A stretch of DNA of 64,000 bases from Acidobacteriota bacterium (GTDB taxonomy: Bacteria; Acidobacteriota; UBA6911), in the NCBI GenBank assembly GCA_016934295.1, contig JAFGTD010000082.1:72-64071 (forward strand), read 5' to 3'. The notes below the pieces were generated by a model. The model ran no database searches. It was not told the origin of the DNA and saw nothing but the letters and a program-made list of their open reading frames with translations. Position numbers and translations under genes: made by a program. Shown piece by piece: positions 37,278-47,024 of this stretch (within the stretch, counting starts at the first letter, position 1; every line of letters begins with the position of its first letter).

Positions 37278-38774
37278 TCAGGAATGCCTCTTGTTGTAAA
37301 TACTTCGATAAAGCTGTCTGTACTTTTCGGCGGATTTATCCCAGGACCAGTCCTGCTCCATCGCCCGGACCATAAGTGCCCGCCAGCGATCCGGATCGGA
37401 ATAAACCGATATAGCCTGCTCCAATGCCGCCATCATTTCTTCCGGGGAATATTCCCGAAAAAGGAATCCCGTTCCATTTTCCCTGTCATAGGGGACAACG
37501 GTATCGGCCAGCCCCCCGGTCGCACGCACCACAGGAATGGTGCCGTAACGCAGGCTGATAAGCTGGCTGAGACCGCACGGCTCGTATTTGGACGGCATCA
37601 GAAACATGTCGCAACCCGCTTCAATTTCGTGCGCCAGTTCGTTATCGAACGTCAGGTTTACTCCGATTTTATCGGGATGTTTTGCCGCGATCTCCAGCAG
37701 CAGTTTATGGTATTTCAACTGGCCGACGCCCAGGATTACCATCTGCATATTCAAAGCCACGATCTCCGGTACGGCATCCGCGACAAGGTCAAACCCTTTC
37801 TGGTCCGCCAATCGGGATACTATGCCGATCACAGGCACACGGCCCCGGAGTCGGGGAAGGCCGAAATGCCGCCGCAGATGTTCTTTGCATGTCTCTTTCC
37901 CCGACAGATCACCGGCGGAAAAACGAGCCGGAATAAAAGGATCCGACTGCGGATTCCACTCCTCGTAATCGATCCCGTTAACGATACCGCTGACGTCCAT
38001 TCTCCTGCCGTCAAGTACTCCTTCCAATCCGTGACCGAATTCGTGGCTGGTCCGGATTTCAACGGCATAGGTTTGACTCACCGTATTCACCTTGTCCGAC
38101 AGTAATATTCCAGCCTTCATAAAATTCACCTTATTCCAGTATTCAAAGGGAGACATCGGATAGAAATGCTCGTTGTCAATCCCGGCATAATGAAGCACTT
38201 TTTTGGGATAGACTCCCTGATAGGCAAGATTATGGATTGTAAAAAGCGTCCCGACATTCGAATAAAAGGGACTGCGACTGTAATTCGTGCGGATAATGCC
38301 GGGTATGAGGGCAGTATGGGAGTCGTGGCAATGGATGACATCGACTGGGATTTTAAGCCTGAGCAGCAGTTCGATCCCGGCTTTCATGAAAAATAGAAAT
38401 CGCTTCCAATTATCGCTGTATCCCTCGCCTGTATCGGGATCCCCGTAAATGCCCGGGCGGCTGAAATATTTGCGGGAGCCTACAAGGTAGACGTCGACAT
38501 CCGATTTATCAAGCCGGGCCTGATATATTATCGCCCTCTCGGTCGCCTTTCCTAATCGGACCGTAATTCCTGAAACGGCTTCACACGGGCGGATATCGAA
38601 TCGGTCCTCCTGCAAAACGGATGCGTAGGCCGGAATCACAACCGCCGTTTGAAAGCCCAGTTTAGAGAGCGCTTTCGGTAAAGCGCCGACAACGTCCCCC
38701 ATTCCGCCGACCTTGGCAAACGGTGTGGCTTCCGCCGAAAACATGACTATTCTGGATGGTTTGTTCTGGAGCAT
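37278..38774 (-). CDS. glgA: Glycogen synthase
   Basis: PFAKVGGMGDV, IHCHD, TIHNLAYQG, PSKYEPCGLSQ. Confidence 0.95.
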   Translation of the reverse strand: MLQNKPSRIVMFSAEATPFAKVGGMGDVVGALPKALSKLGFQTAVVIPAYASVLQEDRFDIRPCEAVSGITVRLGKATERAIIYQARLDKSDVDVYLVGSRKYFSRPGIYGDPDTGEGYSDNWKRFLFFMKAGIELLLRLKIPVDVIHCHDSHTALIPGIIRTNYSRSPFYSNVGTLFTIHNLAYQGVYPKKVLHYAGIDNEHFYPMSPFEYWNKVNFMKAGILLSDKVNTVSQTYAVEIRTSHEFGHGLEGVLDGRRMDVSGIVNGIDYEEWNPQSDPFIPARFSAGDLSGKETCKEHLRRHFGLPRLRGRVPVIGIVSRLADQKGFDLVADAVPEIVALNMQMVILGVGQLKYHKLLLEIAAKHPDKIGVNLTFDNELAHEIEAGCDMFLMPSKYEPCGLSQLISLRYGTIPVVRATGGLADTVVPYDRENGTGFLFREYSPEEMMAALEQAISVYSDPDRWRALMVRAMEQDWSWDKSAEKYRQLYRSIYNKRHS

Positions 38775-38988
38775 ATATTTTCGGAATTCCGGCAGTTTTA
38801 AAAATATACCCGCCGCGTCCATTCTGCCGATGGCATCTTAAACTGGATTCATTGCCGGCACAACACGAGCGTGCCTTTTTTCCAACCTTTCCGATACGAA
38901 ACAATGTGCCGACAGGCCTGCGCACACGTATAGCAGTTCCCGGCAACGGGCTTCATCCCGTTGAAATCATGTCGGGAATCCTGAAATT

Positions 38989-41130
38989 TCAGTGCTGCTC
39001 GGGATCGATAAGATAGTACTTTTGAACGTATTCCTGAACCATTCGCCAGGTCGTAAACTTCGGCAGCATGGTTGCCATGGAACGACGGATTTTTTCAATC
39101 CACCGGCGCGGAATGCCGCGATCGTCGCGATCGTAAAAACAGGGGAGGACTTCTTCGCTTAAAACTTTGCAGAGATTGATGTTGTCCAACCTGTCCTGTT
39201 CTTCAACGGAATCCGGATGCGAGTCCTCACCAATCGCGAATCCGTTGGTGCCGTCATACGCTTCGCGCCACCAGCCGTCCAGGATGCTCAGGTTCAGTCC
39301 GCCGTTGCTGATAATTTTCTGGCCGCTGGTGCCGGACGCCTCCATCGGGCGTCTCGGCGTGTTCAGCCAGACATCGCATCCGGAGGTCATCTGGCGGGCG
39401 GTATGGACGTCGTAATTCTCGATAAAGACAAGATGCCCTCTCAGTTCGCTGTGCTGGCTGAGATGAATGATTTTCTGGATGCGCCTCTTCCCTTCGTCAT
39501 CGGCAGGGTGCGCTTTACCGGAAAAAATAAACTGGACCGGCCGGTCCGGATTTTTCACGAGCCGGACTATTTGATCATAATCCTCAAAAACAAGCGGCGC
39601 ACGCTTATATGTCGCAAAACGCCGCGCAAAACCGATGGTAAGGGCATCGGGATTGAGCAGCCGGTCGAATTCGTGCGGATTGTGCCGGGGCATCCGTTTC
39701 ATCATAAAACGGCGCCGGGTAAATTCGATCAGGGCCCGCCGCAGCCTGTAGCGCAGGGCCCAGAGCTCCGCATCGGAAACAAATTCCCAGTCCAGCACAC
39801 GCTGCCAGAATTCCGGCTCATTGATGTCTTTGTCCCAGTTTGCGCCCAGTTTATTACTCCAGAATCTACGAACCGGCCCCTTCATCCATCCGACAAGATG
39901 AATACCGTTCGTGATATGGCCAATGGGCACGTCATCTTCCGATTTTCCCGGGTACAGCGGCCGCCACATTTTCCTGCTTATCCGGCCATGCAGCTCACTG
40001 ACGGCATTGGCGGACCGCGAGGCTTTCAGGCCTAGAACAGTCATGCAAAAAGACTCTTCCTGATTGCCGGGATCGATACGGCCCAACGCCATCAGATCAT
40101 CAAAGGAATCGGTAATTTGCGGCTGGACTCGCTGGAATGCATATTTCATCAGACCGGGGCTGAAACGATCGTGTCCCGCTTCCACAGGTGTATGGGTTGT
40201 GAAGACGCATTGCCGGCGCGTCTCGGAAAAGGCTTCTTTAAAAGAATTTCCCTGCGCGATTCTCTCCCGTATCAACTCCAACACCAGGAAAGCTACATGC
40301 CCCTCATTCATATGGTATAGAGAGGGCCGGATCCCAAGATCGCGCAAAAGGTGCACGCCCCCCATTCCCAATAGAATTTCCTGCATGATTCGCGTGGAAC
40401 TGTCGCCACCGTAAACATGGAGTGTAAGATCCCGATACAGGGGTTCGTTTTCCGGTCGATTGGAATCCAGCAGATAAATGGGGCAACGGCCCACATGCAC
40501 CTTCCAGGCCTGGAAACGGACATTGGCGAGATTTATTTCTACCTCCCCTACGTACCTGTCCCCGTCCGGCTTCAGCACCGGCTGCAGCGGCAACGAGTCC
40601 GGATGCAAAGGAACGTAATATTCCGTCTGCCAGTTATCCCCGTTGATCGATTGCTGGAAATAACCTTCCCGGTAAAAAAGGCTGATGCCGACCAGGCCTA
40701 TTCCCAGATCGCTGGCCGACCGTGCATGATCCCCTGAAAGAATGCCTAGTCCCCCGGCGGCAATGGGGAGAGTTTCGTGGAAACCGTATTCCGCCGTGAA
40801 ATATGCCACGGGATTATCAATCAAAGCGGGTGCATTGCGGAACGCCCAGGTATCCTTCTGGTCCATGTATGTTTCGAAGCCGGATAAGACTCCCCGAACC
40901 TTGCGGGCCAATACAGGATCTCTCAGACGGGTGCGAAGTTCGTACTCGGAAATATCCTGTAAAACCGCAACTGCATTGTGGTAGAGATCCTGCCATCCCC
41001 TGGGAGAAAGATCCTGGAATATCTCCTGGCACTCCTGGTTCCAGGTCCACCATAAGTTGCCTGCAAGCCGTTTGAGCTTTGCAAGAAGCTCGGCTGTCTC
41101 ATCACGGTGTGTCAGTGGATTTGTACTCAG
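38989..41130 (-). CDS. glgP: Alpha-glucan phosphorylase; probable CTG start
   Basis: Frame is open from CTG at 41130 (LAGNLWWTWN, the usual N-terminal motif) through AGGLGILSGD, HMNEGH, FARRFATYKRA, EASGTSGQK. Confidence 0.93.
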   Translation of the reverse strand: MSTNPLTHRDETAELLAKLKRLAGNLWWTWNQECQEIFQDLSPRGWQDLYHNAVAVLQDISEYELRTRLRDPVLARKVRGVLSGFETYMDQKDTWAFRNAPALIDNPVAYFTAEYGFHETLPIAAGGLGILSGDHARSASDLGIGLVGISLFYREGYFQQSINGDNWQTEYYVPLHPDSLPLQPVLKPDGDRYVGEVEINLANVRFQAWKVHVGRCPIYLLDSNRPENEPLYRDLTLHVYGGDSSTRIMQEILLGMGGVHLLRDLGIRPSLYHMNEGHVAFLVLELIRERIAQGNSFKEAFSETRRQCVFTTHTPVEAGHDRFSPGLMKYAFQRVQPQITDSFDDLMALGRIDPGNQEESFCMTVLGLKASRSANAVSELHGRISRKMWRPLYPGKSEDDVPIGHITNGIHLVGWMKGPVRRFWSNKLGANWDKDINEPEFWQRVLDWEFVSDAELWALRYRLRRALIEFTRRRFMMKRMPRHNPHEFDRLLNPDALTIGFARRFATYKRAPLVFEDYDQIVRLVKNPDRPVQFIFSGKAHPADDEGKRRIQKIIHLSQHSELRGHLVFIENYDVHTARQMTSGCDVWLNTPRRPMEASGTSGQKIISNGGLNLSILDGWWREAYDGTNGFAIGEDSHPDSVEEQDRLDNINLCKVLSEEVLPCFYDRDDRGIPRRWIEKIRRSMATMLPKFTTWRMVQEYVQKYYLIDPEQH

Positions 41131-41366
41131 TGTAATTCTCCCCTCTTAACGCGCCAAAGGACATTCAGGGCCGCATGGCATCTTTATCGGCATCTTACAT
41201 GTACTAAGATGACAATTTTAATGCCGGACCCACCGAGTGAAGGTACTGTATTCCGGACGGAAATTGAATTTATATTTTGAAATACCGGACCGTATGTATT
41301 AACCCGGATTAAAAAGTTCGGGTGCTTCAGTGGAGGTTGACGGGATAAAGCTTTATGGAAGGGGTT

Positions 41367-41394
41367 TCCGCGGCAGGGAAAAACCTGCCGCGGA
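41367..41394. terminator. Hairpin downstream of the sigma factor gene
   Basis: TCCGCGGCAGG-GAAAAA-CCTGCCGCGGA, perfect 11-bp stem. Confidence 0.65.
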
Positions 41395-41400
41395 TAATGT

Positions 41401-43002
41401 TCAGTTTTTGCTAACAAAGTCGGAGAATTCCCGTAATTTGTTGGATCTATATGGGCTTCGAAGCTTAAAAAGCGCTTTCTCTTCGATCTGCCGGATCCTT
41501 TCACGCGTCACCTGGAATATCTCGCCGACTTCCTGCAGGGTATATTCCTTCCCGTTCTCATTCAAACCGTAACGCATTCGAACGATTTCCTGTTCGCGGG
41601 AAGACAGTGTCTGCAAAGCGGAGTTTGTTACTTCCCGGAGATTGTGCTTCATAACGTCTTCATCCGGAGATACTGCGGTCTTATCCTCAATGAACTTATT
41701 CAGGACCGCGTCTTTATTGTCCGCAATGCTCGCCTCAAGAGAAATCGGTTCCTGAGCGGCTTTTAGAATCTGGGTTACCTTTGACACCGGAGTTTTGAGC
41801 TCCTTGGCCAGTTCATGAACCGAAGGCTCGCGTCCGTTTCGCTTTGTCAGTTCGTTGGCGACTTTCAAAACGCGATTCATGGCTTCCACCATGTGGACGG
41901 GAACCCTGATGGTTCTCCCCTGATCCGCAATCGCGCGGGTAATGCTCTGTCGTATCCACCAGGTGGCATAGGTTGAAAACTTGTGTCCCAGGCGATAGTT
42001 GAATTTATCCACCGCTTTCATCAAGCCGATATTTCCCTCCTGAACCAGATCCAGCAGATCCAGTCCGGGGTAAGAATAGTTCTTGGCGATACTCAGCACC
42101 AATCGCAGGTTTGAACGTACAAACTGGTCCTTGGCATGCAGCATTTCCGCCTTATTTTCGCTGATCAATGCCAGGATTTTACGCAGCTCATCCAAATTTG
42201 TCAGGTACTGCTGCTCGAGGTTTTTAAGGCGGGAACGCTCCTCTCTCAATTGCTTCGGTTTCGTATCATGACGATGTGTCAGCCTTCGGACCGCTCTTTT
42301 AGCATCCTCCATCTGATGCATCACATCTTCCAGACCGCTGACCAGATCTTCAATCTGATTTTCAGTGAAATCGATACGCTGAAGGGAAGAAAAAATCGCC
42401 TCGCGGTTGTTTTTGATTTTATTCAAATTTTTCTTTGCATTGCTGCATCGCGATTTATTCCTCTTCATCGTACCCCTGGCAAGGCGGTACTGCTCTTCCA
42501 GTTTTCCCAAACGGGAAACGATTTTTCGAACCTGTTTGATCCGCAGCCGGTTTCTCTCCTCAAGGGTGACCTCATTGTCTGAATCCCTTTTCTCATCAGA
42601 GGCGTAATTCGGGGAGTCAGAAGGTGGTTGCGCAGGCTGCAACTCGTCGGCTAATTCCATAACCTTAAGGGAATTAATCGGTGTCAGCGACAGAAGTCTA
42701 AGCGTATTTATCTTTGCGGATTCGATTTTTTTGGCTAAATACACTTCCTGCTCCCGTGTAAGCAGAGGTATTTTGCTCATGCTTCTATAATATATATAGA
42801 GAGGATCCGCAGAAGAAGCGACTTCTTCCGCTTTTACAGCATTACGGCCGTCCACAGGGACACGAGTAAAACGAACTCTGTCCACGTAATTTTCCCGGGT
42901 CAATCTGGGAAAGGCTTCGGAATCATCCGAACCATTGTCATCCAGATTGATCACATCGTATTCTGTTTCTTCCAGGACGTTGTCTCGCTCTAATTCAATC
43001 AT
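41401..43002 (-). CDS. RpoD-like sigma-70 factor lacking region 1.1
   Basis: DPLYIYY..LLTREQE (region 1.2), NLRLVLSIAK, EGNIGLMKAVDKF, FSTYATWWIRQ, TLQEVG..F.VTRERIRQIE. Confidence 0.93.
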   Translation of the reverse strand: MIELERDNVLEETEYDVINLDDNGSDDSEAFPRLTRENYVDRVRFTRVPVDGRNAVKAEEVASSADPLYIYYRSMSKIPLLTREQEVYLAKKIESAKINTLRLLSLTPINSLKVMELADELQPAQPPSDSPNYASDEKRDSDNEVTLEERNRLRIKQVRKIVSRLGKLEEQYRLARGTMKRNKSRCSNAKKNLNKIKNNREAIFSSLQRIDFTENQIEDLVSGLEDVMHQMEDAKRAVRRLTHRHDTKPKQLREERSRLKNLEQQYLTNLDELRKILALISENKAEMLHAKDQFVRSNLRLVLSIAKNYSYPGLDLLDLVQEGNIGLMKAVDKFNYRLGHKFSTYATWWIRQSITRAIADQGRTIRVPVHMVEAMNRVLKVANELTKRNGREPSVHELAKELKTPVSKVTQILKAAQEPISLEASIADNKDAVLNKFIEDKTAVSPDEDVMKHNLREVTNSALQTLSSREQEIVRMRYGLNENGKEYTLQEVGEIFQVTRERIRQIEEKALFKLRSPYRSNKLREFSDFVSKN

Positions 43003-43610
43003 GGTAAAAGTTATCCTTACTTTGGGAGAGTTTTGCCGGAAACCTCCTCCTCTTAAGCTTATTTTCACTAGTAGTATGGCTTAGAGGTGCTTCACTTTTT
43101 TCGGCCCCGACCTCTCACAATTGCTGTGCTACATAATCATCTTATATAGACTGTCGAAACCTAGAAAAAGTTTCATCGGGCGTGTTATCATAATGTGGAC
43201 TCCAAAGCTTGCACCTCGACTTGTATGGTTGGAACATCTTTACGCCCGATATTACGGAAGATCATCTTTTCCGTTCCAAATATTGTATAACATTCCATAT
43301 TTATTTTCGCAACAAATTTATCAACTTTTCGTAAAAACTTAATTTGGGTAACTATGAGGTTGTAATACATTTACCGGGTTCTGCCGTTAACCGTCTTTAT
43401 GACGGGAGCAGGTTTTCCCGCATTTAAAACGTCATGAAAAAAGAGAAAGTGACCGGAAGAATTGCCCGTTTTCGGCACATAACAAGCTAACATTAATAAA
43501 ATGAATATTTTAACCGCACATGTTCCGATATGCGAACGATATCCCAAATACCCTTGGACATTCTACGGGATTAGTGGGTAATAATTTTAAAATGTGGGAA
43601 TTAGGTCCGG

Positions 43611-43639
43611 TTGACTCCTTATCGGGATTTCATTATTAT
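43611..43639 (+). promoter_or_regulatory. Putative sigma70 promoter of the ABC operon
   Basis: TTGACT-17 nt-TATTAT. Confidence 0.6.
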
Positions 43640-43685
43640 GGACGCCTTTGAAAATTTTCGATCTTCATCTTAAATGCATGGAGGA

Positions 43686-44654
43686 ATGAGTGTGATCGAA
43701 GTAGAGCATCTAAGCAAAGTATTCAATGGCCGCAAGGCGGTGGATGATGTCTCATTCTACGTCGGCAAAGGAGAGGTCCTCGGATTCCTGGGGCCGAACG
43801 GAGCGGGCAAAACAACGACCATGCGTATTCTCACCTGCTACATGCCCTCCACCGAAGGAACGGCCCGGATTGCCGGCTACGATGTATTTGAAGAAAGCCT
43901 AGAAGTCCGGAAACGAATCGGCTATCTTCCTGAAAATCCGCCCATTTATCCCGAAATGACCGTAGACTCCTACCTGAACTTCGTTGCGAAGATAAAGGGC
44001 ACTCCGGCCGGCCAGCGCATGGCCCAGGTGGATAAAGTGGTAGAAGAATGCAGCCTGGGAGACGTTCGGCGGCGAATTGTAGGCAGGCTTTCCAAGGGCT
44101 ATAAACAGCGCGTGGGACTTGCACAGGCCCTTCTGAAAGATCCTGAAGTTCTTATCCTGGACGAACCGACCATCGGTCTGGACCCGAAACAGATTCATGA
44201 AGTCCGGACCCTGATTAAAGGCCTGGCTTCGACCCGCACGGTAATCCTTTCTACGCACATCCTTCCCGAAGTTAGTATGACCTGCAACCGGGTGGTCATC
44301 ATCAACAAGGGAAAAGTAGTGGCGATGGACACCCCGGAAGGCCTGGCCGCCCAGATGAAAGGCGCGGAAAGAATAGCCCTGATCGTTGACGGACCTTCGG
44401 AAGCCATCCGGGAAAAGATACACGCTATCGAGGGCGTCATCAGCATCCAGGCGACAGATGAAAAAGAGGGCCGTCCCACCTCCTTTGCCGTCGAATGCCA
44501 ACTGGACACCGATCTTCGCCCGGTTCTGGCATCCACGATAGTGTCCCAGGGATGGGGACTGCTCGAAATGCGCGGAGTCTCGATGAGCCTGGAGGATGTT
44601 TTCATTAATCTCACTACACAGGAGCCAACGGAGGCTGATTCCAGCCGCCGGTAA
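43686..44654 (+). CDS. ABC transporter ATP-binding protein (GldA-like)
   Basis: GPNGAGKTT, LSKGYKQR, LILDEPT. Confidence 0.93.
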   Translation: MSVIEVEHLSKVFNGRKAVDDVSFYVGKGEVLGFLGPNGAGKTTTMRILTCYMPSTEGTARIAGYDVFEESLEVRKRIGYLPENPPIYPEMTVDSYLNFVAKIKGTPAGQRMAQVDKVVEECSLGDVRRRIVGRLSKGYKQRVGLAQALLKDPEVLILDEPTIGLDPKQIHEVRTLIKGLASTRTVILSTHILPEVSMTCNRVVIINKGKVVAMDTPEGLAAQMKGAERIALIVDGPSEAIREKIHAIEGVISIQATDEKEGRPTSFAVECQLDTDLRPVLASTIVSQGWGLLEMRGVSMSLEDVFINLTTQEPTEADSSRR

Positions 44655-44666
44655 AAGGGGTATGAC

Positions 44667-45437
44667 ATGCAAAACATACTGGCAATCTGGCAGCGCGAGA
44701 TTAAAAGCTATTTTGTCTCGCCGATTGCTTATGTCGTATTGACCGTTTTTCTCTTTCTTTCAGGTTTCTTCTTCTTTTCGTACCTGAACCAGGTTATTCA
44801 GGCAACAATGATGCAGGCTCAGTTCGGCCAGGGTTCCCAGCCGATCGACGTTCCGGGAATAATCTTCAAATCCCTGCTGCAGACCACCAGCGTGGTGTTG
44901 CTCTTCATCGTTCCGATGCTGACCATGGGGCTATTTGCAGAGGAGAAGAAGAGAGGAACCATCGAACTTCTGCTGACAACCCCCGTAGGACATTTTCAGG
45001 CCATTGCCGGCAAATATCTGGCCAGCCTGACATTTCTTCTAATATTGATCCTTACCAATGTTATTACGATTCTACCTCTCTTCCTCCACGGCCAGCCGGA
45101 CTGGCAACCCATGCTTTCGGGTTATCTCGGAATGTTTCTCTACGGGATGACCCTGCTCGCGATCGGACTTTTCATATCGACCCTTACGGAGAATCAGATT
45201 GTGGCGGTCATGGCCACCTTCGGCGTAAGCTTGGCGCTCTTTGTGATTGAATCATTTTCCGCATCGGCAACAGGCGTCGCCAAAAGCGTCATCGACTACT
45301 TATCCGTTATGAGTCATCTTGAAGATTTCATAAAAGGCGTTATCGACACCTCCCACATTATCTACTATGTGACTTTTGCGTTTGTAGGCCTTTTTCTGGC
45401 GTATCGTTCGCTTGAATCCATGCGGTGGAAAAACTAA
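44667..45437 (+). CDS. ABC transporter permease (GldF-like)
   Basis: REIKSYFVSPIAY, AEEKKRGTIELLLT, multiple TM helices. Confidence 0.9.
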   Translation: MQNILAIWQREIKSYFVSPIAYVVLTVFLFLSGFFFFSYLNQVIQATMMQAQFGQGSQPIDVPGIIFKSLLQTTSVVLLFIVPMLTMGLFAEEKKRGTIELLLTTPVGHFQAIAGKYLASLTFLLILILTNVITILPLFLHGQPDWQPMLSGYLGMFLYGMTLLAIGLFISTLTENQIVAVMATFGVSLALFVIESFSASATGVAKSVIDYLSVMSHLEDFIKGVIDTSHIIYYVTFAFVGLFLAYRSLESMRWKN

Positions 45438-47023
45438 TGAAAAAACTGTTACAGAAGCTCGATACATTGGGCCTGCTGCTTCTTGTGGCGGCGGCCATCT
45501 GGTACTCCGTTACAAATCTATGGAGCGTATGGAATATCGGCCTGGGAATTGCCGGCGGCGTGTGCATCATAACCGGCATTGCCGTCAATTACCGGCAGAT
45601 CCTCGTTTCCCTGGGTAAACGTTCCACAAAATACGCCGGCAACTACGTGATCTCCTTAATTCTGGTTGTTGCCATTGTTTCGGGACTGAACTTCGTCGGG
45701 CAGAGGCATCCTCAGCGCTTCGATCTCACTTCTGAAGGCCAGTACACCCTGGCCCCTCAAACAGCGAAGGTGCTTAATAATCTCGATCGGGATGTATACA
45801 TTAAAGCCTTTTTCCCCGGCGGCGAATACGGTCCCCTAAAGGAACTGCTGACCGGATACCGGACACTCAGTTCGCGAATCCATTTCGAATTTATCGACCC
45901 GGACAGGCAGCCTGATATTGCACTCCAGAATGAAGTGGAGGTATACGGCGTTTTCCAGAATCCCCTGACGGGTACCCAGCTGAAGTTCGGAACCGTCGTA
46001 ATCTCTATGGGGGACCGGAAAGAAAAAATTGAAAAACGATCGGAGGAGGTGCTGGAGCAGGACCTCACCAACGCCATTATCAAAACCCTGAGGATGGAAA
46101 CGCCCAAAGTCTATTTTGTCCAGGGCCACGGGGAAAAAAATCCTGAAGACACCGAACAGCGCGGGTACTCCGACGCGAAAAAAGCGATGGAAGACCAGGG
46201 ATACGTGGTGGAATCGATAAACCTTGTGGAAGCCGGCCAGGTTCCCGAGGATGCAAAAGGATTGATCCTCGCCGGTCCGGAAATGGAACCCTTCCAGCAG
46301 GAACTGCAATATATCAACGACTACCTGAACAAAGGCGGCGGCGTGCTGATTCTCACGGATCCGGAACCCTCTCCTTCACTGGAAACGTTCCTGAAAGAAT
46401 GGGGCGTCCAGGCAGACAATAACCTTGTCCTGGACGTCAGTGGGATGGGACAGCTGATGGGAACGGGGCCCAGCATCCCGCTGGTGACCGGGTATGAAAA
46501 TCACGCGATCACGGACCGTTTCGACGCCATGACCTTCTTCCCCCTGACCCGATCGGTTCAACCTCTGGAGCCCCTTCCCGAGGGCGTCACGGTTGAAACC
46601 CTGTTTATGAGCAATACCAACAGCTGGGGTGAAACGGACCTGAGCTCTGTGGAAGCGCAACTGGATCCAGGCGAAGACCAGGAAGGTCCACTGCCGCTGG
46701 CCGTCGCAGTAACAAAGGAGATCATCGCCGCCACCGACGAAACCCCCGCGGTTCATGCGCGCATGGTGGTCACGGGCACCTCCAATTTCCCGATCAACGC
46801 CTATTTCGCGGCACAGGGAAACGGCAATCTTTTTTTGAATATGGTCAGCTGGCTGGCCCAGGACGACGACCTGATCTCTATTCGGCCCAAGGATCCCACC
46901 GACCGGCGGATCATCCTGTCCCAGAGCCAGCTTTCCCTTATCAGGTTGTTTGTCGTATTCCTTTTTCCCTTGATAGTTCTGGTTGCCGGAATTGTCGTAG
47001 TCGTGAATCGCCGGAGGAGATAG
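45437..47023 (+). CDS. GldG-family ABC auxiliary component
   Basis: RFDLTS...YTL, FIDPD, VYFVQGHGE, GNGNLFLNMVSWL...ISIRPK. Confidence 0.88.
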   Translation: MKKLLQKLDTLGLLLLVAAAIWYSVTNLWSVWNIGLGIAGGVCIITGIAVNYRQILVSLGKRSTKYAGNYVISLILVVAIVSGLNFVGQRHPQRFDLTSEGQYTLAPQTAKVLNNLDRDVYIKAFFPGGEYGPLKELLTGYRTLSSRIHFEFIDPDRQPDIALQNEVEVYGVFQNPLTGTQLKFGTVVISMGDRKEKIEKRSEEVLEQDLTNAIIKTLRMETPKVYFVQGHGEKNPEDTEQRGYSDAKKAMEDQGYVVESINLVEAGQVPEDAKGLILAGPEMEPFQQELQYINDYLNKGGGVLILTDPEPSPSLETFLKEWGVQADNNLVLDVSGMGQLMGTGPSIPLVTGYENHAITDRFDAMTFFPLTRSVQPLEPLPEGVTVETLFMSNTNSWGETDLSSVEAQLDPGEDQEGPLPLAVAVTKEIIAATDETPAVHARMVVTGTSNFPINAYFAAQGNGNLFLNMVSWLAQDDDLISIRPKDPTDRRIILSQSQLSLIRLFVVFLFPLIVLVAGIVVVVNRRRR

Positions 47024-47024
47024 C

